Positions 15,614 to 24,740 of a stretch of DNA of 64,000 nucleotides are shown here, in pieces (within the stretch, counting starts at the first letter, position 1; every line of letters begins with the position of its first letter). The notes under the pieces are model-generated. The model saw nothing but the letters and a program-made list of their open reading frames with translations, made no database searches and had not been told where the DNA came from. The stretch is taken from assembly GCA_002331145.1 (NCBI GenBank), contig DCYT01000002.1, forward strand, positions 23,337-87,336, written 5' to 3'. The DNA comes from Candidatus Minusculum obligatum. GTDB taxonomy: Bacteria; Patescibacteriota; Minisyncoccia; Phycocordibacterales; Phycocordibacteraceae. The translations under genes and the position numbers were made by a program.

Positions 15614-15802
15614 ATGGAGCTTTATTGGATTGGTTTTTCTCTTATGGTGGCTGGTGTTGTTATAGCGGGTATTTTGCCTGAGTATGTAACGAGAAAGCCG
15701 GCATGTCGGATGTCTCTTTATATAGGAGGCTCCATAATTGTATTTATTGGAGTGTTTCTTGCAGTCTATGCTGCACTTGATGAATGGCCCGCTGCTTTGT
15801 AG
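15614..15802 (+). CDS. Small hypothetical membrane protein (2 TM helices, 62 aa)
   Basis: Two hydrophobic helices: IGFSLMVAGVVIAGIL and LYIGGSIIVFIGVFLAVYAAL. No homolog recognised. Confidence 0.35.
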   Translation: MELYWIGFSLMVAGVVIAGILPEYVTRKPACRMSLYIGGSIIVFIGVFLAVYAALDEWPAAL

Positions 15803-15853
15803 CGGGCTTTCACTTGCCTTTTTATGCATATATGAGTATAGTGCTAGCCACAT

Positions 15854-16201
15854 ATGAGTTCACGAATGAAAATCACGCGAGGAAAGACGGGAAGCCGTCG
15901 AAGCCACCACGGCCTTACAGCGCCGCGTCTTTCGCATGACAAAGAGACTGACTCAACTCACAAGCGACACCATGTAGACCTTGAGACAGGAATGTACCGA
16001 GGAAAGCAGATTTTTGAACCTAAGGTGAAAACTCCAAAGGTAGAAGAAGTAGCAGAAGAGGTGGTAGAGAAAATTGAGGAGGTAGCAGAGGAAGTAAAAG
16101 AGGAGGTAAAGGAAATTGGAGAGGAGATTAAAGAAGATATTGAAGAGGTAATCGAAGCAGTTACAGAAGAGAAAGAAGAAAAGAAAGAGGAAGAGAAATA
16201 A
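15854..16201 (+). CDS. rpmF: Ribosomal protein bL32 that lacks the zinc-ribbon cysteines and carries a ~60-aa Glu/Lys-rich C-terminal extension
   Basis: RMKITRGKTGSRRSHHGLTAPRLS...HKRHHVDLETGMYRGKQI aligns to the bL32 core (RRSHxxLTAP ... HHV..CG.Y.G). It is followed by EEVAEEVVEKIEEVAEEVKEEVKEIGEEIKEDIEEV. Confidence 0.75.
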   Translation: MSSRMKITRGKTGSRRSHHGLTAPRLSHDKETDSTHKRHHVDLETGMYRGKQIFEPKVKTPKVEEVAEEVVEKIEEVAEEVKEEVKEIGEEIKEDIEEVIEAVTEEKEEKKEEEK

Positions 16202-16210
16202 ACAGAAAAC

Positions 16211-16238
16211 AAAAAGTCCCGCTTGTGCGGGACTTTTT
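16211..16238 (+). terminator. Intrinsic terminator after rpmF
   Basis: aaaaagtcccgc-ttgt-gcgggacttttt: a perfect 12-bp stem ending in T5. Confidence 0.7.
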
Positions 16239-16268
16239 GTATGCTACTTTTAACTCACGTTCTTTTAT

Positions 16269-17159
16269 ATGGCGAACCGACACCTTGCGCGATCAATTGT
16301 TCTTCAAACCCTCTTTGAGTGGGACTCTGTTGAAGGAGAAAAAGGAAATGCAAAAGAAATTTATGATCGAAACGTAGAGGAGTTTGCATCTGACAGTCGA
16401 GATGACAGGTTTATGCAGGAGCTTCTAGATGGAGTGCTCGCCAAACAAAAAGATATTGACCTCATTATAGTAAAAGCAGCACCTGATTGGCCGCTTGAAA
16501 AGATTTCAACCGTAGATCGGAATATTTTACGTATTGGACTATTTGAACTTCTCTTTGGAGATAGGGACCAAGTACCTGCAAAGGTGGCTATTAATGAAGC
16601 TATTGAATTAGCAAAGACATTTGGAGGAGATAGTAGCGGGCGATTTATAAATGGAGTACTTGGTGCTGTATATAAAGAAATTGGAGAGCCGGGGAAAAAT
16701 GACACAGGAAAAGGGAAGGGTGTAAAAGAGTTGCCAATTGAGAAGTATGGAGGAGCTGTTGTATATGCTGAGCATGAAGGACAGACATACCTTGCTCTTG
16801 TACATGATATTTTCGGACATTGGACATTGTCTAAGGGGCATATTCAAGATGATCCAAGCACGGAAGAGGGTGTAAAGAGAGTAATAAAGGAGGAATTGGA
16901 TCTTGATGTGGTGGTAGAAGAGCAGGTGGGAGAGAATGAATATGTAGCAAGTCATCCTGAAAAAGGGAAGACAAAGAAGATTGGAAAGTATCATTTAGCA
17001 AAAGCTGATTTTGCCCCGCTAACGCTAAAGAAATCGGGGGGATTAGATGATGCAAAGTGGTTTAAATTGCAGGATATCCTTGAGCTCAATTTCTATCGTG
17101 ATATGCTCCCTGTGGTAACTACTGCCGTGCAGAAGCTTGCCGCTAAGAAAGATTCATGA
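16269..17159 (+). CDS. nusB: Transcription antitermination factor NusB fused to a C-terminal Nudix hydrolase domain
   Basis: N-terminal NusB (RHLARSIVLQTLFEWD...NEAIELAKTFGGDSSGRFINGVLGAVYK, about 135 aa). Then a Nudix box GHIQDDPSTEEGVKRVIKEELDL matching Gx5Ex7REUxEExGU. 296 aa in total. The stop overlaps the rnc start (ATGA). Confidence 0.8.
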   Translation: MANRHLARSIVLQTLFEWDSVEGEKGNAKEIYDRNVEEFASDSRDDRFMQELLDGVLAKQKDIDLIIVKAAPDWPLEKISTVDRNILRIGLFELLFGDRDQVPAKVAINEAIELAKTFGGDSSGRFINGVLGAVYKEIGEPGKNDTGKGKGVKELPIEKYGGAVVYAEHEGQTYLALVHDIFGHWTLSKGHIQDDPSTEEGVKRVIKEELDLDVVVEEQVGENEYVASHPEKGKTKKIGKYHLAKADFAPLTLKKSGGLDDAKWFKLQDILELNFYRDMLPVVTTAVQKLAAKKDS

Positions 17160-17845
17160 GCACAATCAAAGATTTTCAAAATAAATTAGGAGTTACATTC
17201 TCTGATATTTCACTATTAGAAACGGCGCTAACACACCGGTCATTTTTGAATGAGAATAAATCAGACGGGCTTCAGCACAATGAACGTCTCGAATTTTTGG
17301 GAGACGCGGTACTTGAACTTGCCACAACAGACAGACTTTTTAAGAATTATCCAAAAGCGCCTGAGGGAGAGCTAACTGCCTATAGAGCAGCACTTGTGAA
17401 TACACTTTCTCTTGCTGCCATCTCAGAGGAGCTTGGGCTCAATGAATATATTCGACTTTCAAAGGGAGAGGCAAAAGATACAGGGCGCGCACGACAGTTT
17501 ATTCTTGCAAATGCAGTAGAGGCAATTATCGGAGCTCTATACTTAGATCAAGGGTATGAAGCAGCTGAGAAGTTTATCGCTACATATTTTTATCCAAAGC
17601 TTGATGAAGTTATTGAAAAGAGACTTTGGCAGGATGCCAAGAGTGCTTTTCAGGAGAAATCACAGGAGAGGGTTGGAATTACACCTCAGTACAACGTGAT
17701 AAGTGAAGAAGGACCAGATCATGACAAGACATTTACTGTTGCAGTAGTGCTTGGAGATGATGAAGTAGCACAAGGAACAGGACTTTCAAAACAGGAGGCA
17801 GAACAAAACGCAGCACGAGCTGGGCTTGATTCGAAGGGTTGGTAA
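17156..17845 (+). CDS. rnc: Ribonuclease III
   Basis: Signature ERLEFLGDAVLELATTDRLF and a C-terminal dsRBD. 229 aa. Confidence 0.9.
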   Translation: MSTIKDFQNKLGVTFSDISLLETALTHRSFLNENKSDGLQHNERLEFLGDAVLELATTDRLFKNYPKAPEGELTAYRAALVNTLSLAAISEELGLNEYIRLSKGEAKDTGRARQFILANAVEAIIGALYLDQGYEAAEKFIATYFYPKLDEVIEKRLWQDAKSAFQEKSQERVGITPQYNVISEEGPDHDKTFTVAVVLGDDEVAQGTGLSKQEAEQNAARAGLDSKGW

Positions 17846-17864
17846 AAAATGATACACTATCTCC

Positions 17865-20009
17865 ATGCAGCTAAAGGCGCTGGAGCTAACAGGATTTAAG
17901 TCGTTTGGTAAGAAAACGACTCTTTCTTTTACCAAGCCAATTACATCTATTGTGGGACCCAATGGGTCAGGAAAAAGTAATGTAGCAGAGGCATTTCGCT
18001 TTGCACTAGGTGAACAATCTATTAAAAGTCTTCGAGGGAAAAGAGGAGAGGATCTTATCTTCTCAGGAAGTGCGCAAACTCCTCGAAGTAACAAAGCGAG
18101 TGTAAAAGTAACGTTTGATAATTCAAATAAACTTTTTAATGTAGATTTTCCAGAGGTAACAATTGAACGAACAGTATTTCGAGATGGAGTAAATGAATAT
18201 TCTATAAATGGATCAAAGGTTCGCCTAAAAGATGTGCACGAACTTTTAGCCCATGCCAACATTGGTCAAACAGGACATCACATAATCTCTCAAGGAGAGG
18301 CAGATAGAATTCTGTCTTCAAATGCAAAAGAGCGAAGGAGTATGATCGAAGAAGCTCTTGGGCTTCGTGTATATAAATATAAAAAGGAAGAGGCACAGAA
18401 GAAGTTGGCAAAGACAGAAGAGAATATTGGAAATGTAGAGTCTCTACGAAAAGAAATTGCACCGCATCTGCGTTTCCTTAAGAAGCAGGTAGACAAGGTA
18501 GAGCGAGCAAAAGAACTCAAGGATGAGCTTGTTGGAGAGTATCAAGAGTATTTTGCACTTGAGGAAGCATGGCTCAAAGAAGAGGAGGGAAAGAATAAAG
18601 ACGCCCTCAATGAGCCAGAGAAACGTCTTGAAGAGATAGAGAAAGAAATCCAAGATCTTCCAGAAGATTCTCCGGTAGATACTTCAGATTTTGATACAAA
18701 GGTTCAAGAAAACGAATTTAAGCTCCGAGATCTTGAAGATGAGAGCCAGAATGCATTTCAGAAGCTATCTCGAATAGAAGGAGCTCTTGAGCTTACAAAA
18801 AAGAACCAAAGCACTGAAGAGAAGGTTTCAATTCATGCTGATACATTCTCTGAGTTTCGAAACAATGTACTTAAGGCAGGTGAAGAGGGAGAAAGAGCAG
18901 ATTCATTTGGAGACATGAGAAAAGCGTTTGATGGTCTTTTGAATGTTGTGCGCCCATTTGTAGATGCGTACAAAACAGCAGAAGTAGAGACTGAGGACAC
19001 AACAGAGCTTGAAGAAGAGCACGCACAGCTTAAAGAGGAGTATGAGAAAGCACGGTCTTCAGTACAGGAAATAAGGACAAGTATTTCAGAACTTCGCACA
19101 AAGAGAGAGGAAGTGCGAAATAAAACACAGGAGGGGCAGATAAAGCGTCTTGCACTTACTGCAGAGCAGGCAAAGCTCATTGCGCTCACCACATCACACA
19201 AAGAGCGTGCAGAGCGTCTTCGGGTTGAGCGTGAAGAGTTTGAACGCGAGCATAGAGAGGCTCTTGCGTTAATTGGAGAAGAGGCTGTTCGATATGAAAA
19301 GACTAAAGTAAGAGATGAGGCGCGAAGTGTACAGGAAGAGCGAAAGAGGAATATTCAGCGAATGAAGATTCGAGTCGAAGAGCTTGGCGGTGGTGGAGAG
19401 GAGGTTATGAAGGAGTTCTCTGAAGTGCAGCAAAGAGAAGAGTTCCTTGGAAATGAGGTGGAAGATTTGCAAACTTCGGCAGAGGCTCTTAAGGAACTTA
19501 TTGTAGAGCTCGAGAAAGAACTCACCTCTACATTCAATGAAGGTCTTGTGGCGATCAATACTGCCTTCAATGAATTTTTTGTAACAATGTTTGGTGGGGG
19601 ATCTGCACGTCTTGTTGCGGCAGATGCAAAAGACGAAGAAGAAGGAGTAGAAGATATTGGAATTGATGTGTCTGTATCAGTTCCTGGAAAGCGCGTGAAG
19701 GGACTCATGGCGCTTTCAGGTGGTGAGAGAGCCCTAACTTCAATTGCACTTATCTTTGCGATGAGTCAGGTGAACCCACCTCCTTTCCTTATTCTTGATG
19801 AGACGGACGCAGCCCTCGATGAAGCAAACAGTAAGCGTTATGCAGACATGATTGAGAATCTTGCAAAGCGATCACAGCTTATTCTTATCACACACAATAG
19901 AGAGACTATGAGTCGGGCGGGAGTACTCTACGGAGTAACTATGATGGGAGATGGAATTAGTAAACTCCTTTCTATTCAGTTTGAAGAGGCTGTGCAGGTT
20001 GCGAAGTAG
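17865..20009 (+). CDS. smc: SMC-family ATPase, unusually short (714 aa), with no recognisable hinge domain
   Basis: Walker A GPNGSGKSN, C-terminal signature LSGGERALTSIALIFAM and Walker B LILDETDAALD. The middle is an E/K/R-rich coiled coil of only about 400 aa. Confidence 0.8.
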   Translation: MQLKALELTGFKSFGKKTTLSFTKPITSIVGPNGSGKSNVAEAFRFALGEQSIKSLRGKRGEDLIFSGSAQTPRSNKASVKVTFDNSNKLFNVDFPEVTIERTVFRDGVNEYSINGSKVRLKDVHELLAHANIGQTGHHIISQGEADRILSSNAKERRSMIEEALGLRVYKYKKEEAQKKLAKTEENIGNVESLRKEIAPHLRFLKKQVDKVERAKELKDELVGEYQEYFALEEAWLKEEEGKNKDALNEPEKRLEEIEKEIQDLPEDSPVDTSDFDTKVQENEFKLRDLEDESQNAFQKLSRIEGALELTKKNQSTEEKVSIHADTFSEFRNNVLKAGEEGERADSFGDMRKAFDGLLNVVRPFVDAYKTAEVETEDTTELEEEHAQLKEEYEKARSSVQEIRTSISELRTKREEVRNKTQEGQIKRLALTAEQAKLIALTTSHKERAERLRVEREEFEREHREALALIGEEAVRYEKTKVRDEARSVQEERKRNIQRMKIRVEELGGGGEEVMKEFSEVQQREEFLGNEVEDLQTSAEALKELIVELEKELTSTFNEGLVAINTAFNEFFVTMFGGGSARLVAADAKDEEEGVEDIGIDVSVSVPGKRVKGLMALSGGERALTSIALIFAMSQVNPPPFLILDETDAALDEANSKRYADMIENLAKRSQLILITHNRETMSRAGVLYGVTMMGDGISKLLSIQFEEAVQVAK

Positions 20010-20052
20010 TGGTATATTCAGGGAAGTTGATCCAAGCAGAAAAGGGACTTCC

Positions 20053-20205
20053 ATGAATCTTGGAAATTATGGAAGATCACCACATGAGCTTGAAAGAGCT
20101 CGTGAGGAAGCTGAGCAGTTGATTCGTCGACGACCTCCGCCAATAGAAGATGTTCGTACTGCGCGTGAGCGTCGTCGCGGACGGAACCCTAAAGATGGCC
20201 ACTAG
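20053..20205 (+). CDS. Small Arg-rich hypothetical protein (50 aa)
   Basis: ATG at 20053 preceded by aaaggga. Locally GC-rich. Sits between the smc stop and the terminator. No homolog recognised. Confidence 0.25.
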   Translation: MNLGNYGRSPHELERAREEAEQLIRRRPPPIEDVRTARERRRGRNPKDGH

Positions 20206-20223
20206 AGCCTTTCAGCAACACAG

Positions 20224-20250
20224 AAAAGCCGCGTCCTTGGACGCGGCTTC
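20224..20250. terminator. Bidirectional terminator between convergent smc and rnr
   Basis: aagccgcgt-ccttgg-acgcggctt stem-loop with a cagaaaa A-run upstream and a ctttatttctttt T-run downstream. Confidence 0.6.
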
Positions 20251-20251
20251 T

Positions 20252-22189
20252 TTATTTCTTTTCTTCTGCAAGAGCAAAATCTAGAAGGCGATCAATAGTA
20301 TTTACTTTAATTAGTCGCACACGAACAGTGTCTCCAAGCTGATATGTCTTTCCTTTATTTTGTCCAACAAGTCGATACTTGCTCTCTTCGTATGAGTAGA
20401 AGTCATCTCCCATGCTTCGGATAGATACAAGTCCTTCAGATCGAGTATCTTGCTCCTCTACAAAGATTCCTCGCTCCATTACGCCTGTAATGATTGCATC
20501 AAATTCTTTCCCAACGAATTGCTCCATGAATTCAACTTGCTTTAGCTTGATTGAATCTCGCTCTGCTTCAGATGCTGAGATTTCTCTCTCAGTTGATCTA
20601 AGTGCGTCCTCATCAATACTTGCAATCTCAGCTTGTGAGAGCTTTCGTCCACTTGCAACTGCTTTTATCAACCTATGCGCTATAAGGTCTGGGTATCGCC
20701 TAATAGGAGAGGTGAAGTGAGAATAAAATTCAAACGCTAGTCCAAAGTGTCCAATATTTTTTGTGCTGTAGATAGCCTTGCTCATTGATCGAATAGCAGT
20801 TGTCTTTACAAGATATTCCTCCGGAGCTCCCTCGATTTCTTTAAATAATCTATTGAGATCTTTTCCAGTTATTCCTCCTTCTTTTTCTGTTGGAAGTTCG
20901 TGTCCAAGCACCTTCAGGAATTCTGCAAGGATTTTAATTTTTTCATCATTTGGTGTGTCGTGAATTCGGTAGATAAATGGTCGAGAACCACCACTGTCAT
21001 TTGCAATGTTAGTCATGTACTCAGACACCTTTTCATTTGCAAGAAGCATAAAGTCTTCAACAAGAAGGTTGGTATCTTGCCGCTCCTTTAGGTACACACG
21101 AACAGGAACACCGCTCTCATCTACTTCAATCTTCACCTCATCTCGATCAAAAGAAACAGCTCCTCGTTTTGTCCGCTTCAAGCGAAGCTTCTTTGCAAGA
21201 GTGTTAAGAGTATTTAGCTCCTCAAGGAACGGTCCATCTTGCTTATCAAGTACACCTTGAGCTTCTTCATATGTAAATCGTTTGTCTGAGTAGATTGCAG
21301 TTTCTCCATACCACTCATCATGAATATTTCCTTCTGCGTCGAGCACGAAGATTGCACTCATGGCGAGACGATCTTCCTCAGGCCGTAGTGAACAAAGATT
21401 TTCTGAAAGTACGTGTGGAAGCATGGGGATGGTTCGGTCTACAAGATAGACGCTTGTGGCACGTTTTCGTCCCTCATCATCAATTGCAGTTCCTGGAGTT
21501 ACAAAGTACGAAACGTCTGCAATATGAATCCCAATTTCGAACTTTCCATCATCAAGTTTTTTAACTGAGATGGCATCATCAAAATCTTTTGCGTCTACTG
21601 GGTCGATGGTGAAGGTTGTAATGCCTCGCATATCACGACGCCCTTCAATACCAGCTTTGAGAAGATCTGCTCCTTTTTCTTCAAGCTCTTCAGCTTCCTT
21701 TTGCACAGGAAGAGGGAAGTCAGCTTCAAATCCACCACGAAGAAGAAGTGCTCGCATCTCAACTTCATGATCTCCAACTGCTCCAAGCACTTCCATAATC
21801 TCTCCTTCAGGAAGGTTCTTTGCCTCATTCCATCCAGAGAAGTGAAGAATTGCTTTTACATTTTCTTTTTGTTCTCCCTTTGCAATAAAGAAGGGCACCT
21901 TTGTTCTTTTGTGATCTGCATAGAAAAGCCAATCTCCTTCCTCTTGTACGATTCGTCCCACGTACTTTTCTTGTCCGCGCTCAAGAATCTCTACCACCTT
22001 TGCAGCAGGCCGACCTCTCTCCATCCCAGCTTTTTCAAATCGCACCAAGTCCCCAGATAGGGCGGTACTCGTATCTCCAATTCGTACAACAAGTGACTCT
22101 TTGTCACCAAAATCAATAAAACCAACACCCTTGCGAGTGATGGAAATAATTCCCTGATCATCTTTTGGAGTTTTTTCGTCTGTTTTCAT
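20252..22189 (-). CDS. rnr: Ribonuclease R (RNB-family 3'-5' exoribonuclease with a C-terminal S1 domain)
   Basis: 645 aa. N-terminal cold-shock-like OB, an RNB catalytic domain (TIDPVDAKDFDDAISV, HFGLAFEFYSHFTSPIRRYPDLIAHR) and C-terminal S1 (GVMERGIFVE). Confidence 0.9.
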   Translation of the reverse strand: MKTDEKTPKDDQGIISITRKGVGFIDFGDKESLVVRIGDTSTALSGDLVRFEKAGMERGRPAAKVVEILERGQEKYVGRIVQEEGDWLFYADHKRTKVPFFIAKGEQKENVKAILHFSGWNEAKNLPEGEIMEVLGAVGDHEVEMRALLLRGGFEADFPLPVQKEAEELEEKGADLLKAGIEGRRDMRGITTFTIDPVDAKDFDDAISVKKLDDGKFEIGIHIADVSYFVTPGTAIDDEGRKRATSVYLVDRTIPMLPHVLSENLCSLRPEEDRLAMSAIFVLDAEGNIHDEWYGETAIYSDKRFTYEEAQGVLDKQDGPFLEELNTLNTLAKKLRLKRTKRGAVSFDRDEVKIEVDESGVPVRVYLKERQDTNLLVEDFMLLANEKVSEYMTNIANDSGGSRPFIYRIHDTPNDEKIKILAEFLKVLGHELPTEKEGGITGKDLNRLFKEIEGAPEEYLVKTTAIRSMSKAIYSTKNIGHFGLAFEFYSHFTSPIRRYPDLIAHRLIKAVASGRKLSQAEIASIDEDALRSTEREISASEAERDSIKLKQVEFMEQFVGKEFDAIITGVMERGIFVEEQDTRSEGLVSIRSMGDDFYSYEESKYRLVGQNKGKTYQLGDTVRVRLIKVNTIDRLLDFALAEEKK

Positions 22190-22211
22190 CCCATGACTAT
22201 AGCGTATTACC

Positions 22212-22240
22212 TTGACGAAATACAGCCCGCTTGCTATGTT
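22212..22240 (+). promoter_or_regulatory. Sigma-70-like promoter TTGACG-17-TATGTT, 6 nt upstream of the rpsP ATG (near-leaderless).
   Basis: TTGACG at 22212-22217, a 17-nt spacer, TATGTT at 22235-22240. The ATG is at 22247. The region is divergent from rnr. Confidence 0.35.
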
Positions 22241-22246
22241 TCCCGC

Positions 22247-22750
22247 ATGTTAGTAATTCGATATCAGAGGGTTGGACGTCGCAACGATGCGTCTTTTCGT
22301 ATTGTTGTAACAGAACATACAACTGGCCCAAAGAGTGGAAAGCATGTTGAGCAGCTTGGCTCATACAATCCAAAGACCAAGGCGGTAACTTTGAAGAAAG
22401 ACCGAATTGAGCATTGGATGAGTGTAGGAGCACAGACTTCAGATTCAGTACACAATCTTCTTGTAAAGGAAGGTGTGCTTGAAGGAGGAAAGATCAACGT
22501 ACTTCCAAAGAAATCTCCAATTGCAAAAGAAGTAGAAGAGGCAGAGGAGGCAGCACCAGCTGCAGAGGCTGCTCCTGAGGGAGAAGAAGCTCCTGCAGAG
22601 GAAGCTGTGGCAGAGGAAGCAGCTCCAGCTGAGGAGACTCCTGTAGTTGATGAGGCGCCCGCAGAAGAGGTGAAGGAGGAGGAAGCTCCTGCAGCAGAAG
22701 AGGCGCCAGAAGCACCAGCAGAAGAGGAAGAAAAGAAGGAGGACGCGTAA
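22247..22750 (+). CDS. rpsP: Ribosomal protein bS16 with an Ala/Glu/Pro-rich C-terminal extension
   Basis: MLVIRYQRVGRRNDASFRIVVTEHTTGPKSGKHVEQLGSYNP matches the bS16 core. The tail is EEAEEAAPAAEAAPEGEEAPAEEAVAEE. The ORF track start at 22193 is an upstream extension. Confidence 0.85.
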   Translation: MLVIRYQRVGRRNDASFRIVVTEHTTGPKSGKHVEQLGSYNPKTKAVTLKKDRIEHWMSVGAQTSDSVHNLLVKEGVLEGGKINVLPKKSPIAKEVEEAEEAAPAAEAAPEGEEAPAEEAVAEEAAPAEETPVVDEAPAEEVKEEEAPAAEEAPEAPAEEEEKKEDA

Positions 22751-22768
22751 GTAGTCCCCGTAAGGCCC

Positions 22769-22799
22769 TTGACGTAATTATCTAATCCTTAGATAATTC
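22769..22799 (+). promoter_or_regulatory. Promoter TTGACG-17-GATAAT overlapping a 10/11-bp inverted repeat (taattatctaa-tcc-ttagataatt[c]), a candidate operator. It lies upstream of the KH protein and trmD.
   Basis: TTGACG at 22769-22774 and GATAAT at 22792-22797. IR arms at 22775-22785 and 22789-22799. Confidence 0.35.
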
Positions 22800-22828
22800 A
22801 AGTAATCAGTAACGATAGTACGTTTTGT

Positions 22829-23134
22829 ATGGAAAGAGACCAGGAATTTCTCGAGCAAGTAATTAAAGCTATGGTAGAGCATCCGGAGGATGTTGTAGTT
22901 AGTCGTAGCGTTGATGAGATGGGAGTGCTGCTAACTCTTGATGTAAATCGAGGAGATATGGGTACTATCATTGGAAAAGACGGACAAACTGCAAAAGCAA
23001 TCCGGACACTTCTTCGAGTTGTTGGAATGAAGCACAATGCCCGAGTTAATCTAAAAATTAACGAGCCAGTAGGAGGGAAGCGTGCATCAGAGCAATTCCA
23101 GAGTGTAGATGAGGCAATCGATCAGATGGCATAG
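22829..23134 (+). CDS. KH-domain RNA-binding protein (UPF0109/YlqC family)
   Basis: GVLLTLDVNRGDMGTIIGKDGQTAKAIRTLLRVVG contains a GxxG KH motif. Sits in the conserved rpsP-KH-trmD neighbourhood. Confidence 0.8.
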   Translation: MERDQEFLEQVIKAMVEHPEDVVVSRSVDEMGVLLTLDVNRGDMGTIIGKDGQTAKAIRTLLRVVGMKHNARVNLKINEPVGGKRASEQFQSVDEAIDQMA

Positions 23135-23188
23135 TCATCTGTACGAAACAGCAAATGCGTGTATCTTTAGAGGTGTACGCATTTTTGT

Positions 23189-23824
23189 ATGAAGTATCAC
23201 ATCATTTCAGTTTTCCCAGAATCAACAAGCTCATACCTTGAGAGCTCGCTTCTTAAGCGCGCAAAAGAGAATGGGATTATTGATGTGTCTTTTTATAATA
23301 TTCGGGACTATACAGAAGATAAGCACAACAAAGTAGATGATCGTCCATATGGAGGAGGTCCAGGGATGGTTATCTCTGCTATGCCAGTTCTAAAGGCAGT
23401 AGAGGATGCAGTAGAGAAGTCAGAAAATCCTTTAATTGTTTTCTTTACGCCTCATGGAGAAGAGTTTTCAAATACAATGGCAGATGAGATTAAAGATGAA
23501 TACACAGATGCCATCTTCATTTGTGGGCACTATGAGGGAGTTGATGCGCGAGTGACACAAATTTTAAAAACAAAGAATGTTTCTATTGGAAACTATGTAC
23601 TTACAGGAGGGGAGCTTCCAGCTCTTGTAATGATTGATGCTATTACACGACGTATCCCTGGAGTATTGGGAGATGGCCTGTCAGTAGAAGAGAATAGGAT
23701 TGCACCAAAGGACCCATATACACGTCCTGAGTGTTTTGAATATCAAGGAGAAGAGTATTGTGTGCCAGAAGTACTTCGTTCTGGAAACCATGCAAAAATT
23801 GATGAATTTCGAAAAGAGAATTGA
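23189..23824 (+). CDS. trmD: tRNA (guanine37-N1)-methyltransferase
   Basis: MKYHIISVFPE...RPYGGGPGMVISAMPVLKAVE...FICGHYEGVDARV: SPOUT knot motifs. 211 aa. Confidence 0.9.
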   Translation: MKYHIISVFPESTSSYLESSLLKRAKENGIIDVSFYNIRDYTEDKHNKVDDRPYGGGPGMVISAMPVLKAVEDAVEKSENPLIVFFTPHGEEFSNTMADEIKDEYTDAIFICGHYEGVDARVTQILKTKNVSIGNYVLTGGELPALVMIDAITRRIPGVLGDGLSVEENRIAPKDPYTRPECFEYQGEEYCVPEVLRSGNHAKIDEFRKEN

Positions 23825-23874
23825 CGAATAGATTTTAGAGGAGCATAGTGAAGAAAGAAAAGGGAGGTAAAGAC

Positions 23875-24123
23875 ATGAGTTCTATTTCGCAGACAGAGAT
23901 ACTCACTTTGGGTGATCTTGAGAATGCTGTGGCGGTTGGAAATATTCAACTTGCGCAACATGCATTTGATAACAGCAATCAGGGTGTGGGAGATATCCCT
24001 CGCCTTGAAATGCTGATACCCAAACTCGAGAGTCTCAAAGAGGCTCCGGAAAAAGGTCCTCATTTTCACGAGATTAAAAATCTTATTGAAGGTATTCGGG
24101 ATCGAATTAGCTACCTCAAGTAG
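23875..24123 (+). CDS. Hypothetical small protein (82 aa)
   Basis: Strong SD GGGAGG 8 nt upstream of the ATG at 23875. No homolog recognised. Confidence 0.45.
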   Translation: MSSISQTEILTLGDLENAVAVGNIQLAQHAFDNSNQGVGDIPRLEMLIPKLESLKEAPEKGPHFHEIKNLIEGIRDRISYLK

Positions 24124-24200
24124 TGGCGATCAAACAGCTGTCAGAAATGGCAGCTGTTTTTCTATGGTACGATTTATATAGAAAAAGAAAGGAGTGTGTC

Positions 24201-24503
24201 ATGCCCGTTCCCGCACGTATAGAGGAACATGAGCTTCACGTCGCATATTGTGCATGCTGCCAATGCATTTGTGCTGCCGAGAAGTCCGGGTTAACCATGG
24301 AGGATGTGAAGAATATTGAGGACTACATTAAGTTCCTCACCGATTATTTCGCTTCCCCGCAAACGTTGTACGCTCTTCAAAACCAAATTGCCAACACCAT
24401 TGGTCTTTTGGAGCAAGAGCAGCCAAGCGGATGGGAAGAGGACTACTGTATTCTTTCCGAATTCCTTGTAACTTTGTCTGAGGTGATACATTGCACCTCT
24501 TAA
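24201..24503 (+). CDS. Hypothetical Cys-rich small protein (100 aa)
   Basis: SD AAAGGAG 6 nt upstream of the ATG at 24201. Motif HVAYCACCQCICAAE. Confidence 0.45.
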   Translation: MPVPARIEEHELHVAYCACCQCICAAEKSGLTMEDVKNIEDYIKFLTDYFASPQTLYALQNQIANTIGLLEQEQPSGWEEDYCILSEFLVTLSEVIHCTS

Positions 24504-24518
24504 GACACAAAATTTTAT

Positions 24519-24550
24519 AAAGGCGATGCTAAATAAGCGTCGCCTTTCCA
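24519..24550 (+). terminator. Hairpin after the Cys-rich ORF, a possible weak terminator
   Basis: aaaggcgatgc-taaataa-gcgtcgccttt: 11 bp including one G-U pair, followed by only a short T tract. Confidence 0.35.
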
Positions 24551-24740
24551 CAGCTTTGTTGACAGTAAACTAACAAAAGCATATACTCCTAGTGACGAAT
24601 TTACGACTGAGTTACGGGAGCAACGAGAGATTTTCGTACAATTAAAGAGATTACTAAATTGAGCGCACAGCGTAGCGCGAGCCCTTGTATATTGGGTTCA
24701 ATTTTTGCGTCTACCTGTTTAACAAAAACATAACTCGGCT

